Positions 41,301-55,687 of a DNA stretch of 64,000 nt are shown one piece after another. The position numbers were made by a program, and so were the translations under genes. Below the pieces are notes generated by a model, which was not told the DNA's origin, made no database searches, and saw only the letters and a list, made by a program, of their open reading frames with translations. The stretch is taken from NCBI RefSeq assembly GCF_036321535.1, contig NC_087437.1:65226001-65290000 (forward strand), in the 5' to 3' direction. The first letter of the stretch is position 1; each line of letters begins with the position of its first letter. The stretch is from Camelus dromedarius. Taxonomy: Eukaryota.

Positions 41301-41899
41301 CTTCGAACACAAAATCCTCTTAATTGGCAGCTCCTTTATTCTGAGCACATTAGACTCAGTCAGCACCACTTGTATCCCACACTGCTGATCGAGTACATTT
41401 TCCAGCTGTTTCTTTTTTTGCAAATCACTTCCACTCATGTGAAAAGTACACATTTTTTTGTTTATTGCTTTTTTTCTTCAAGTTTTATTGAGATATAATT
41501 GACATACAGCACTATATGTTTCAAGTGTACAGCATAATGATTTGACTTACATCTATCATGAAATAATTATCATAGTAAGTTCAGTAAACATCCATTATCT
41601 CAAATAAATACAAAATTAGAGGAATAGAAAAAAATTTTTTTCTTGTCATGAGGACTCTAAGGATTTACTCTTTTAAAAATTTTCATATATAACATAGAGC
41701 AGTGTTAATTATAATTATCATAATATACATTCCACCCCTGAGAAGCACAAAATTTATTCAGTCTCAGTAGATTGTTTTCGGCAGTTCACAAATTTGGTTT
41801 GTGTAAATTTCATTTTTTCTTATAACTTCTGCAATTTCAAGGGATAAACTGCTCTTCATTATTTGTGCAAACTTACTAAAATAATCAGATGACATCTTT

Positions 41900-42071
41900 T
41901 TTTTTCTTTTTTATTAAAGTATAGTCAGTTTACAATGTGTTAATTTCTGGTATACAGCATAGTGATTCAGTTATACATAAATATATATTTCTTTTCACAT
42001 TCTTTTTCATTATAGGCTATTACAAGGTAATGAATATAGTTCCTTGTGCTATACAGTAGAACCTAACTGTT
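41900..42071 (-). mobile_element. Short L1 3'-end insertion with TSD
   Basis: TSD tcagatgacatcttt at 41885-41899 and 42072-42086, with a poly(T) tract at the left end. Confidence 0.8.
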
Positions 42072-42447
42072 TCAGATGACATCTTTGAATGTACATTAAT
42101 TGTTGTTGAGTTTCCTTTACTTCTGTGTTCAGCAATATTAGGCCAAACAAAAAACCACTTCTAGCACAGTACATTTTCCTTAAAATTCTGGATGTTATAT
42201 AAAAAACACATCTTTTAAAATTTATGATAAACTGGTAAAATCAGAGAATTTATTGTTAGACAGAAACGTCAAATAATCAAAGGATTAAGTAAAGGAGTAA
42301 GTGAAGCATTAGAACCAAAGTTTTCCATAGTGATGTATGCTGATCTCTGGTGGTCTAGAGTGTGGATTTTAATGGATTATATGTTCTGGGGAATGGGAAT
42401 CTGGGGTTCCTAGCAGAATGGGAGATAAGCTCTAAAATCCCCTGTAT

Positions 42448-42558
42448 AGGGGGAGTATAGCTCAGTGGTAGAGTCTGTGCTTAGCATGGACGAGGTCCTG
42501 GGTTCAATCCCCTGGACCTCCATTAGAATGAATAAATAAACCTAATTACTACCCTCCT
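42448..42558 (+). mobile_element. tRNA-Ala-derived SINE with TSD
   Basis: gggggagtatagctcagtggtagagtctgtgcttagcatggacgaggtcctgggttcaatcccc, with TSD aaatcccct(g/c)tata. Confidence 0.85.
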
Positions 42559-42750
42559 CAAATCCCCTCTATAATGCCAAAACCCAAAAGGGTATCCCCT
42601 GCAATAAGTAAAGCAGAGAAATCTCTGATCTGAAGATTGAGATGGTGAGTATGGAAGCTGTCCAAATCTGGCTCTGGGTGTCTAACATCACTCTACTACT
42701 TCAATATTTTAAAGAAAAGCCAACCCAGAGACTATGTTTAAAATAGGCCA

Positions 42751-42932
42751 GGGGAGGGGGCCAGCATATAGCCCAGTGGTAGAGTGCATGCTTAGCATGC
42801 ATGAGGTCATGGGTTCAATCTCCAGTACCTCTATTAAATTAAAAAAATAATAAATAAATACATAAACCAAATTACCTCCCCCCCAGGACATACAAACAAA
42901 AAAACCAACCAAACAAAAAATAAATAAATAAA
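42751..42932 (+). mobile_element. tRNA-Ala-derived SINE with TSD
   Basis: tatagcccagtggtagagtgcatgcttagcatgcatgaggtcatgggttcaatctcc, an A-rich tail and TSD aaatagg(c/t)ca. Confidence 0.85.
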
Positions 42933-44679
42933 ATAGGTCACAATTTGTACGTCTCCCAGATAACTAGCAAAACTACGTGTGAAAATTTTTTCAAGGTCTT
43001 CAATGGAGACCTCCAAGAATTACAACAGATATAATTCCAAGGAACTCAAGTTCAGACACAAAAAACAGGTGGGAAATACTTCAGGTGTATTAGCATTAAT
43101 TATTATGGTAACTATTAGCATAAAATATTAAATATTTTTGAGAAGTAATCTTTTCTTTCCTATTTTCTAAGAGTTTTTTAAATTAGAAATTTATATTGAA
43201 TGTTTGAAATAAACTGTAAATTTTAAGTTATCTTCTATCTTTTTAGTAGGATGACACAAACCATTCCTTTCAATTTCTCCCTAATTATTTTTCTCACTTT
43301 CTCTCTTCACTTAATAAAAATAGAATAACTTTGTGAGAGATATTTCTTTAGCTTATTCTTTTCCCATTAAAATGCTGGATTTAGATTGGGAACAATATTA
43401 GAATATTTATATATCATTTTCTCTGAATAGTACTTCTTACGTTGGGGTACTGTTCTAAGCACTTTACACAAATTGACAACTTAGTGTTCATAATAACCAA
43501 ATAGGTTGTTACTATTATTACTTTCATCATGTAGATGAGGAAAAGGATGAACAAAGGGTTTAGCAAGATCACACAGCTAGTAAGTCTTCAAAACCAGACT
43601 GACTGGCTTTAGAGCTGCACTCTTGACCCTCCTGCTACACTGCATCTCATAAAGTTCTTCCATGACTACAGGCTAAAAGATCCCTTTTATTTCTTTAAGA
43701 GCAGTCTGTTCTTTTCTGCCTGAGCATTAGTACAACTTAAAATTATCAAATAATTAACTAGTTTAATGTCTGTCTCCTTCTTTAGGCTCTTTCTCTTTGA
43801 TAGCCAGAGCCATTTCATGCCATTTCCCTGCCATACACCCAGTGCCTAGCACACAGTAGATGCTCAATAAATAGTCAAATGACTGCATAAAAGGTAACTA
43901 AGAAAAATGATTCCTTCATGGAGTAATGTCTCCATCTTGTGGAATTTTAGAACATTGTTCAAAAATTTTTTTTAAACAAGGTAGGTTTTCACAGGAGAGT
44001 TGATTCTCCTGTTTCCCAGACTTCATAGTTTCTTTTTTGGACTGGTCCTTTTGAGATTTTTAGTTGTATAGAAAAGCACCACCTCTTCAGGGCAGGCCTC
44101 TAGCTTACTAGATTTGCTTGGTGAAACGAATTGTGCAACTAGGTAATAAACCGGCATCCGTTTAAATCCAGAATTCATTTCATTCTCCCTTGCCAAAAGA
44201 TAGAGCACAGATCCATTAATGAGCTCTTGGCTCAGAATGATCACTCAGGCACATCCAGAACCCCTTCTAAGTACCCTTTTACTACGGAGAGGTGTATCGG
44301 CCAGCAGTCCCCAAGACTCCATCACATATTCTTCACAGTGCGTGATGGCTAAAGTAGAATTTGGGTACAAAAACAGACTCTGCCCTATCATCATACACCA
44401 GGAGAGTAAATTACGCTTCATTCGAAATCCTAAATTTTACTTGTATAATATTTTGCACGTATATCCTGTAGTAATTGTTTTAAAAATACCAATATGTTAA
44501 AAACAGCTCCTCTAATCTATCGGAAGCTCATTTTATGAAGTTAGCATTACCTTGCTATTCAAACCAGAAATGGACAAAAAGGAAAAACCTTAAGCCAGTC
44601 TGATTATAGTTGGAGATTACATATGCTGAGTCTGTTTTATTCCCCCTTTTATTTTAGGTCTAACTCTGTTTCTCTTACA

Positions 44680-44928
44680 CTAACCAATAATTAAAACGGG
44701 AGGCCGGAGGTCTGAGACACCAAAGAGAGCCGCTCCTTCCCCACGACTCTATGGTCCTCGGGTTACTCTCGCCACTGAGAACTCTGTGATTCCGGGGCGG
44801 GCTGGGAGGCGGGAGTTTGAAAACTGTGGCGGGTAGATGGCGGCCGCGTCTGTCAGCAGGCCCGTTTTCTCCCGAACTGGAGGACCCTGGGACTGTATCT
44901 TTCCCTGAAGGGCCGAGAAGATTTCGCG
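44680..44928 (+). promoter_or_regulatory. POLQ TATA-less cell-cycle promoter (CCAAT, GC box, CDE/E2F-like plus CHR)
   Basis: CCAAT at 44684-44688, GGGGCGGG at 44794-44801, GGCGGGAG followed by CHR TTTGAA at 44816-44821, TTTCGCG just before the ATG. CpG-rich from about 44690 to 45320. Confidence 0.7.
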
Positions 44929-45109
44929 ATGAATCTAACGCGCTGGAGTGGGAAACGGCGACGTTCAGCATCGGGCTCAGACTCCTTTTCGGGGAGCGGC
45001 GGTGACAGCAGTGACAGCCTCCTGCTCCCCTCGGGGCCGGTGCTCAGCCCGCCCCCGGGCCTGGGACTCAGCCTGAAGGACCGCGGCCGCCGGCCAGCTA
45101 GAGCTGCAG
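44929..45109 (+). CDS. POLQ: DNA polymerase theta coding exon 1
   Basis: MNLTRWSGKRRRSASGSDSFSGSGGDSS...VLSPPPGLG...ARAA, donor GCAG|GTACTC, 181 nt, phase 1. Confidence 0.93.
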
Positions 45110-45473
45110 GTACTCCCAGGCGCTCCGTGGGCGGCGGGCGAGGCGGGCAGCTCAGCCCGGCCGCTTGTCGGGGTGTGCCCGCACCGCGCGGGGCTGGCTC
45201 GCTTGCATGACCACTCGGCTTCTACTCCCCTTCTCAGTTTGTGACTCGTGTCTGGTGCGGCAGGTCACTTTCCGTTGACAGGGGAGAGCTTTCAGCCCGT
45301 ATTCAGCGACCGCCTGGTACTAATATTAAAGGAGTTTCTGGGGCTTTCGACCTTAATTTACAGAAACAACGTACTAGTTAGGCAAATCGCATCACCTGTA
45401 GGGGATTTACTTCTAATAGTGCCCAGTACTTCTTATGTTGATTGTGCTTTCTGTCAGGATGTACTTTAAATAA

Positions 45474-45803
<330 letters not shown>

Positions 45804-47701
45804 TAAGGCATTATAAATGTAAAGAATATTGAAGTAAAGTAGGTGAGACAGTGCTTTGTAACTAGAGAAAGTCTTAAAATAGATGAAGAGTTTCATCATA
45901 TATATACTTTTTTTTAAGGATTAGGTAAAAATTCCTTTAATGAAGTTGCATAATTCTAGCTTTCACAAATCAAAAGAATTCAATTTTAGTTTTTGCATTG
46001 TCCAAGAAAGAATTGTCAGTATTATCTCACTGACTTCTTTAATGATAAAATATTCTCAAAGAAGTTCTGTTAATATTGTTAGGAAAAGCTTTCAATGGTT
46101 CCAATCATTCTAAATGCCATCAGATATATACTTACGTAAATTCCATTCAGGCAGGGGGAAGGCAAAAACCTGACAATTTAAAGAGAGCTACGTGCCAGCC
46201 ATTCTTCTCAACAAACAAATGTCTCAGAGTGAGTGTGCAGTGGGAGATGTAAATCTGCTGTACCTCTAGTTGATCTCAGTTGCTTTTCAGTGTGTGAATA
46301 TTGTATATTATATATTATATGCTTATAAATTGACCAGTTTATACAGAATTGTATACACAAAACCATATGTAATATACTTTGTAAAAGATTTATATGGGCT
46401 TTCAAGGGCAACTTTGACATGTAAGTTTTAACCATCTGTGCTCAGTATACTGATTTTAGAGTCTAATCACTTGGTAAGGTGCACTTCCTTTGTATCAGTT
46501 TTTCCAGAAATTGTGAGTCATCCAGATATTTCATTATGGGTGCCAGTAAGAATTAGAGAATTCACTATCAGCTGATGTAAGTTCAGGCTGTTTACTGGTT
46601 GTGTAATCTGACAAATTATTTGGGAGAGAGGAGTGGGAGAGGAAAGAGAAGGGAGACAGAAGGGAAGTAGTGGGGGTGGGGGGAGAGAGAAAAAAGAGTG
46701 AGCTTAGAAAAGTTTTTTGGCCCACAGGAAAGACTCAGTAAATGCTAACTAGTGGCATTTAGTGGCAGTGGTAGAATGGCCTGACCAGTTCAGTTGCTTA
46801 AACAAAAACTTGGGTGTCATTCATAAATCTGGTCACCAACTCACAGTAAATAATCAGCCAAGTCCAGTGTCTGTTACTTCAAATATCTTGATTCTGACTA
46901 CTACTCTCTCTTACTTCCATTACCTAGTTTACTGTTATCTTTCTTCTAGATGATGCAGTAGCTTTGTAACAAGTTTATCTTCTCTCTGCTTCTACTTTGC
47001 TTCTGCAACCAAAGTGGCCTCTATAAAGTACAAATATGATTTTGTCCCTCCTGTTCATAAAACTCACTAGTCACTCTACATTGCTTTCAGGATAAATTCT
47101 AAACTCCTTGCATGGTGGAATTATAAACCTCTTCTTCATGTGGCACTTTCATATCTCTTTTTTTCAGTCCTCCACTTGTACTTTATATTTCATACTTAAT
47201 AAAGTACTCACTATCATCTGAATATACCAGGCTTCCCTCTAGGCCTTTGCATATGCTGTTTCTTCTGTTTGGCATTTCTTTCTTCTTCCCTTCTTTAAAC
47301 TTCTGTTTCCTTTTCATAAACTTCCTTCCAACTCTTCTCCCTCAACTTCTATCATAGCTCCTATCACAGTATCTTAAAGCTGTTTATCTCCTTCCTCAAA
47401 TCAGGGCTTTTAACCACTTAGTACTTAAAGGAAAGGATCCTTAGGTATAAGCTAGGTATTCAATAGTATTCATCATTTATTGATGATGAAAAGATTTGTT
47501 TAATACTCTGTTTTGAGTGCGAGATTATTTAGAAAGTTGGTTTAAAGTCAGGGGCTTTTCAGGGTATAAAGGTTTCAGATGCTAGTTGGGGCCTTAATGA
47601 TAGGTTAGTCTTAGGCTATGTAATTACTGGATATGATCTAAAACATTTATTAATGCAGTGTATCAGATATTACATATTTTTGTGATAACCTTGTGGAATA
47701 A

Positions 47702-47857
<156 letters not shown>

Positions 47858-49050
47858 TAAGTTTAATGGTGGAAGGCCTATTATTGGCAGCTTTGGCTTT
47901 ACTCATTTGAAATAGAATTGTAAAAGCAAATGGAAAATAAAGTTTTTTTTATTGCATCTCAGTGTAGCTTTAACAGCTGACCATTTATGAGGAGAAACTT
48001 TTCTATTACCGCATAAAGGAGAAAGGATCATCAAATAAGGAGTAATTGGTGAAAACTGTATAAAAATTTATAAAACTTTTCCTTAGGAAATAGGGAGAAT
48101 ACTTTAATTAGCATATAAACGTGCAAATTAATAGTCAACATCTTAACTGAGTAGTAGGACCAGACTGAAGCATGGAAAGGATGTGTGTTTAAGGAAGCAT
48201 ATCCCATCCTAATTGAGAGCCATTTGAGAATGTTCGAGGATGAAGAATAAGATCCATCGGTGCTTATGTAAAGCTCCAGGCTTGTGGTCTGTTCTATTCT
48301 CCTCCAAAAGTGAATAACAGTTCATGTTTGTATGATACTCACTGGTCTTTAAGGCATTTTTACCAATGTAATGTTTCATTAAATAGAATACATTCTGATT
48401 CCTGCAGTGAAAAAATGTGCTTTTGGAATGGCAAGATTATTGTACTGGAAGTCTAAAAAATCTGAGTTCTAGTCCCAGTTTTGCCACCAACTATGTCTTC
48501 AGGCCAGATACATAATCTGCTGGGCCTCAAGTTTTTCATTGGTAAAATAAAACTATGGGGTTAACTACGGGTTAACTCAGTAAACATTCAGAAACGTTTT
48601 ATTGAATGAACAGCTCTAAAATTCAGTGGTTCTATAAATCTTTTTAGTAGTTATTTCAGAGGCCAAAGAGCCAACAAAGCTGGTCCTACATGGTAACATC
48701 CTTTCAACTTAAAGCAAAGTAACAAAATGATGAAAGGATCCTTTTTATTGAGAATGTATGTTAGTTAAAACTGAAGTTAAAAGAAATTAACATCAAAGCC
48801 CCACTGCATTTGAAAATCTTTCTTCTGTTCTATAAAAAACTAATCTTTAGTGGGATAAGAATATTTCCCTCATGAAGGATAAATTTGTTTCTGAAAGTGT
48901 TATATTAATGTTAAAGAGCTAGTTCTTGCTGGTTTATTAGATTAAAAATGTTACTGCTTAAGGTAGTTTTTCTCTAATTTTAATTCTATAAAGAGCTGTT
49001 AGAACTCATTTGATTAAGTATGCTATTTTATTGGGAATAACTAACAGTAA

Positions 49051-49332
<282 letters not shown>

Positions 49333-50878
49333 TAAGCGTATACTTTCTCTTGCTATTTTTTGATAGAATGGAGTGGCGCTTTGTGATTTCAGTATGTCTC
49401 ATGTTTTATTCTGTTGTCTGTCATCTACTTCTGGAGGTGAGAATTGGCATCTGTAATGTCAGAGACTGTGTGAAAAAAGGTTTTACGTCTTACTGATGTA
49501 TTGACTCTACTTCCTTGTGTTTTTGCACTTTACAAAACATAGAGGATATCTATATCGCTTGAGCCCTCAAATCATTTCTTATTGCTTCTTTCCTGTCTAA
49601 AGTTTACCAGGTATAGAAGGAAGCATCTGCCATCTCTGCAATTAGTGTATGTATGTATTTATTATCATATTCTGGTAGTGGATCTAGATTAGGCTTGGAC
49701 CCAGAGGCTGTCGTTTAGTAGGGAAATGGTAGGGACTACAGAAACTGGCACTGTATCTGAGCTTGGAATTTTTCTATCTTAATCCTTTTTTTTTTTTTAA
49801 TCACTTAGGAAAGCCTACTATGTAGAGGTAGCAACAGGAAGAGAATAACCATTGTGGCAGCAATAGAAGCTGCAAGAATATCAGTTAGCTACTCATTATG
49901 ATCCTGGTAAACTTAAATGGTAAAGGTAAGGTAGGGGTGGGGATTGAAATCAAGCTTAATAAGACATGGGCTCTGCTCTGTAAAGCTTGGAGAGAGAAGT
50001 CACATTCATCAGTTTGTATCAGAATTTTCACATTAAATGTTGTATCAGATGAAGTGTTAACATCCAGTATACCTAGCGCAGTACCTGCCACACTAGGTAA
50101 CTATATTTTTTTGAATGAATGAATGTTGAAATAACTCATCATACAATATGATTTGAAAATAGCTTACTGATGAGGAAAAGGAGCATCAATTATCATTAGG
50201 AAAAGTCGGAAAGAGCTTGATTTTTGTAGGGGGAACGTGAGTACACATGGAAACTATGATGTTATGAAAGTGTTTAAAGAAGGCATTGGTGGTTTTAATA
50301 AAATAAAAAAAAAAAGTCTTGGTTGATAATAAATGTTCAGTAATTCTTGAGCATTATTCCAAGTGCATAGACTGGTTTAATTCTCCAAGTAGGGGAGAAG
50401 GGAATTATGATCACACTTACGTTTTATAATAGGGTGAGTCACTAGCCTACCATAATCAAACAAAAACATCCCTTAAAATAATTTCTTTTTTCTTAATCTG
50501 AAGCTGTTTTTCTAAGCAACTTGCTAACATCAGTATGGTTGCTTTGGCTATTTTCCTCATAGAAAAGTCAACCCACTGAATAATTGTCATAGATGTCTTT
50601 GATTCTCATTGTATGTGTATTTCTACAAGGTTGCCAATTAAGAAGTGCCTGAGTAATGAGAGGCAGAGTTAGCTAATCATTGATTTTTAGATCCAGAATA
50701 CATTGTAGTAAGACCACTTGATACTTGAAATATCTTGGAAAATAATTGCCCATTAAATGGAATCTAATTTTTGTTTTATGGTTAGAAATTTATGTCATCT
50801 GCAATGTATTGGAATGACAGCTACATACGGTATAAGATATAAGGTACTGAGTCTTTTAAAATTCTTCTTGGAATTTGA

Positions 50879-51025
<147 letters not shown>

Positions 51026-52770
51026 TGAGTACCTGAAATAACTAAGTTCCTGAGATTCCAGATGATGTTGAAGAAGTGTTTTTCAACAGTGCATAGTAAG
51101 TAGGAGTTAAATTAAAAGAGAGTAATACTTATGTAGAATAAACTCATGTACAGCAGTTCATTTTTGTTCCAAAAGAAGTACTTAAGACTGAGAGTGATTT
51201 TAGATTATTTTGAAAGCATTCTTAAATTTCTGACTGCTCACCACTTTTATGATAGGATTTTTAAAATCCAGTTTTTCTATTTGTCAAATATATACACATC
51301 TTATTTAAGCACTCAAAGCTAAATATGAAAAGTAGCATTTCTTTATCCTTTACTTTGTAGAGGCAACTATTTTCAGCTCTTATGGCTTTTTAAAAAATGT
51401 ACTTACAGTGATATCTCTAAATACAGCTTCTTGAGTTTTTAGTTTTACACATTATATATGGACTTCTTCCTATGAAAGATGATCTAGCTCTTTTTTATAT
51501 TCTTTTCTCACCCCACCCGATCTCTTCCTCCACACCACCAGTCTCTGTCTTCTCATTATCTTCCCATTCTCCAAATATAGCTATGTCCTAATTTTGCTTA
51601 AATCAGTATTCAAGGTTACACTATTATAACTATGTAAATGCCATGGAATATATTATGATTAATTTTACTTTCTAAATAACTTTAGAATCATTTTCTCTGA
51701 AATTAGTAAGTATCTTTTTTGTTTGATGGCTTGGTTTTTTATGAGCTTATCACTGATTTATCCCACCTCTTCCCCACTTGTATAAATCTACCCAATATGT
51801 TCCAATGCATTTACTATTCTACCAAATTCATTTTCTTGAAGAAGTTTATCTTAAAGCTTTCTGAGTTGTTCTAATTTAGAAAGGTGGTTAATCTATATAT
51901 GTGATGCACAACAGTTATCTTGGGATCTCTTTCTATCATTATCATTCATTCCCATTGCTTTTTGCTTGAGTCAGAGCCCACTTTTTTGTGATCACATGTC
52001 TTTTTCTTGATTTACCTCCTCATTTTAGTGGTGATATCTTCCAGGAAATTCCACTTTATTTCAATGTACAGGCTATTATGGATATACTTTTTTTGAAAAT
52101 TAGCATGTCTAAAAATGCCACATAGTTATTTCATAGATTTTTCAGGTATAAGAGTCAAGATTTTAAGTGTTTTTCTTTCAGTTTTCAAGATATTACTTCA
52201 TTTTTCTTGTTACTGTTGAGAAATTCAGTGCCATGCTGATCTTCATCCTTTGTATACATTTACAGGTTTTTCTCTGGGAGTTTTTAGGAGCTCTTTTTCT
52301 TCCTCACAAAATCTGAAATGCAGCTAGAGTTGTTTTTAAAGGGAAACTGATAGTATAAAGTGTATATATTATTAAAGAAAAGAGATTGAAAAATTAATGA
52401 CTTACCCATCTCAAGAACTCAAAAGAAAAAGAATAGTAAAATAATACCACAGAAAGTAGAAGGAAAAAAAAAACAATAAAGACAAAAGCAAAAATTAATG
52501 AAAGAGGAAAGTCATTATCCAAAACATTAAAAATATTTTACAAATCAATGAGAAAAAAATACAGCCTAATATCAGTGGGCAAGGAACTTGAACAGGCATT
52601 CATAAGAGGGTATCTAAATGGTCCCAAAACATGAAATGGTGCTTAATCTCATTAGTAATCAAGGAAATGTAAGTTACCTCTTCAAAGAGATTTACCACAC
52701 ACTGTCCAAAAAGGCTAACATATTGACAACACTAAGTGGTGACAAAGATGTGGAACAATAAAACACACAT

Positions 52771-55200
52771 GGGATGCCTACTCTCACCATCTGTATTCAG
52801 TATACTGTTGGAAGTCCTAGCTACAGCAATCAGACAAGAAAAAGAAATAAAAGGAATCCAAATTGGAAAGGAAGAAGTAAAACTGCCACTATTTATAGAT
52901 GACCTGGTACTATACATAGAAAATTCTAAAGACAGCACCAAAAAACTACTAGAACTCATCAGTCAATTTGGTAAGGTTGCAAGATACAACATTAATATAC
53001 AGAAATCTATTGCATTTCTATGCACTAACAATGAATTACTAGAAAGAGGAATTAAGAAAATCTCATTTATAATTGTGTCAAAAAGAATAAAAATCCTAGA
53101 AATAAATCTAACTAAGGAAGTAGAAGACTTGTACTTGGAAAACTATAAGATGCTGATGAAAGAAATTGAAGGCAACACAAACAGATGGAAAGATATACTG
53201 TGTTCATGGATTGGAAGAATTAATATTGTTAAAATGATCATACTACCCAAGGCAATCTATAGATTCAGAGCAATCCCTATCAAAATACCAGTGGCATTTT
53301 TTCCAGAACTAGAACAAATAATTCTAAAATTTGTATGGAAACAAAAAATCCCAAATAGCCAAAGCAATCTTGAGAAAGAAGAACAAACCTGGAGGTATCC
53401 CACTCCCTGATTTCAAAGCTACAGTAATCAAAACAGTATGGTACTGTCACAGAAACAGACACATAGATCTATGGAAGAGATTAGAAAGCCCAGAAGTAAA
53501 CCCACACTTACATGGGCAATTAATCTATGACAAAGGAGGCAAAAGTATACAATGGGGAAAAGACAGCCTTTTCAATAAACAGTGTTGGGAAAACTGGACT
53601 ACTCTCACACCATGCTCACAAATAAGTTTAAAATGGATTAAAGACTTAAATGTAAGATCTGAAACCATAAAACTTCTTGAAGAAAACATAAGCAGTACAC
53701 TTTTTGATATTTGTCTTAATTTTTCAGTATGTCTCCTCAGGTAAGGGAAACAAAAGCAAAAATAAATGTGACTACATAAAACTAAAAAGGTTTTGTACAG
53801 GAAAGGAAACTATCAACAGAACAAAAAGGCTGCTTACTAAATGAGTGAAGATATTTGCAAATGCTGTCTCCAATAAGGGATGATTAATCTAAGAAATGTG
53901 AAAAGCTCATGTAAATCAACATCAAAAAAAAATCTGATTAAAAAATGGGCAGAGGATCTAAATACATAAGACATTTTTCCAAGGAAGACATACAGATGGC
54001 CGATAGGCACGTGAAAAGTTGCTTAACATCGCTAATGATCAGGGAGATACAAATCAAAACTGTAATGAGGTATCACTTCACATCTGTTGGAATGGCTGTT
54101 ATCAAACAGCAAATAACAAGTGTTGACAAAGGATGTGGAGAAAAAGGAACCTTTGTGCACTGTTGGTGGGAATTTCAGTTGGTTGCAGCCATGATGGAGA
54201 TTCCTCAAAAAATTAAAAATAGAACTGCCATATGATCCAGCGATTCTACCCTTTGGATATTTATCTGAAGAAAACAAAAACACTAATTCAAAAAAGATAT
54301 ATGCTCCCCTAGGTTCATTGCAGCATTATTTATAATAATTAAGATATGGAAGCAACCTAAATGCCCATCAACAGATTCAGTAGATGAATGGATAAAGAAA
54401 ATGTGTATTTATGTACAATGAAATATTATTCAGCCATGAGAAAGAAGGAAATCTTGCCATTTGCAACAGCGTGATCGAACCTAGAGGGAATTAGCTAAGT
54501 GAAAAAAGTGAGACAGAGAAAGACAAATACTATATGATTTCACTTATATGTAGAATCTAAAAAACAGAACAGATGGTTGCCAGAGGGTTAGGGGTGGGGG
54601 AAGGGAAGAAATAGATGAGGGAGATTAAGAGGTACAGATTTGCAGTTGCAAATAAATGAATCATGGATGTGAAATGTACAGTGTGGGGAATATAGTCAAT
54701 ATGTATTATCTTTGTATGATGACATTGTAACTAGAGTTACAGTGATCATTTTGAAATGTATAGAAATATGAAATCACCATGCTGTGTAAGAGAAAATAAC
54801 ATAGTGGTGTAGGTATTTATATTTCAAAAACAAACTCAGAAAAAGAGATCAGATTTGTGGTTACCAGAGGCAGGAGTGGGGGGAGGGACATTTGTATGAA
54901 GGCAGTCAAAAGGTACTAACTTCCAGTTATATGATAAATAAATGCTAGGCATATAGTGTACAACATGATACATATAATTAACACTGCTGTATATTATATA
55001 TGAAAGTTGTTGAGAGTAAATCCTAAGAGTTCTTATCACAAGGAATTTTTTTTCTATTTTTTTAAATGTTGTATTTATATGAGATGATGGATGTTTTCTA
55101 AACATTGTGATCTTTTCATGGTGTATGTAAGTCAAATCATTATGGTGTACACTTTAAACTTATACAGTGATGTATGTCAATTATATCTCAATAAATGAAA
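52771..55200 (+). mobile_element. 5'-truncated LINE-1 (ORF2 RT to C-terminus plus 3' UTR) in POLQ intron 5
   Basis: [48 protein letters not shown]...[26 protein letters not shown], frameshifted. Ends in ctcaataaa plus an A-tract. aaacacat-like repeats flank it. Confidence 0.93.
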
Positions 55201-55357
55201 AAAACACATAGATTGTGGAGATGGTACTTTGGTACAGTGTCTCTGGAAAACAGTTTGAGATTATTTAATAAAATTGAAAATAATCTGTGACCTAGCAATT
55301 TTACTCCTAGGTATATACCCTAGAGAAATGTATGCATTTATGTACCAAAGGGCATGA

Positions 55358-55687
<330 letters not shown>

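Noticed and set aside
42448..42522. tRNA-Ala-like sequences as real tRNA genes
   Set aside because: They have degenerate stems, SINE tails, A-rich ends and TSDs, and there are many dispersed copies, so they are SINEs.
45079..45108. POLQ exon 1 about 6 codons longer than recalled human (DRGRRPARAA)
   Set aside because: An in-frame difference in a low-complexity, variable N-terminus, probably ordinary lineage variation.
52736..53744. 224-aa and 137-aa RT-like ORFs as a gene or novel RT system
   Set aside because: They are frameshifted fragments of LINE-1 ORF2, 5' truncated and non-autonomous.
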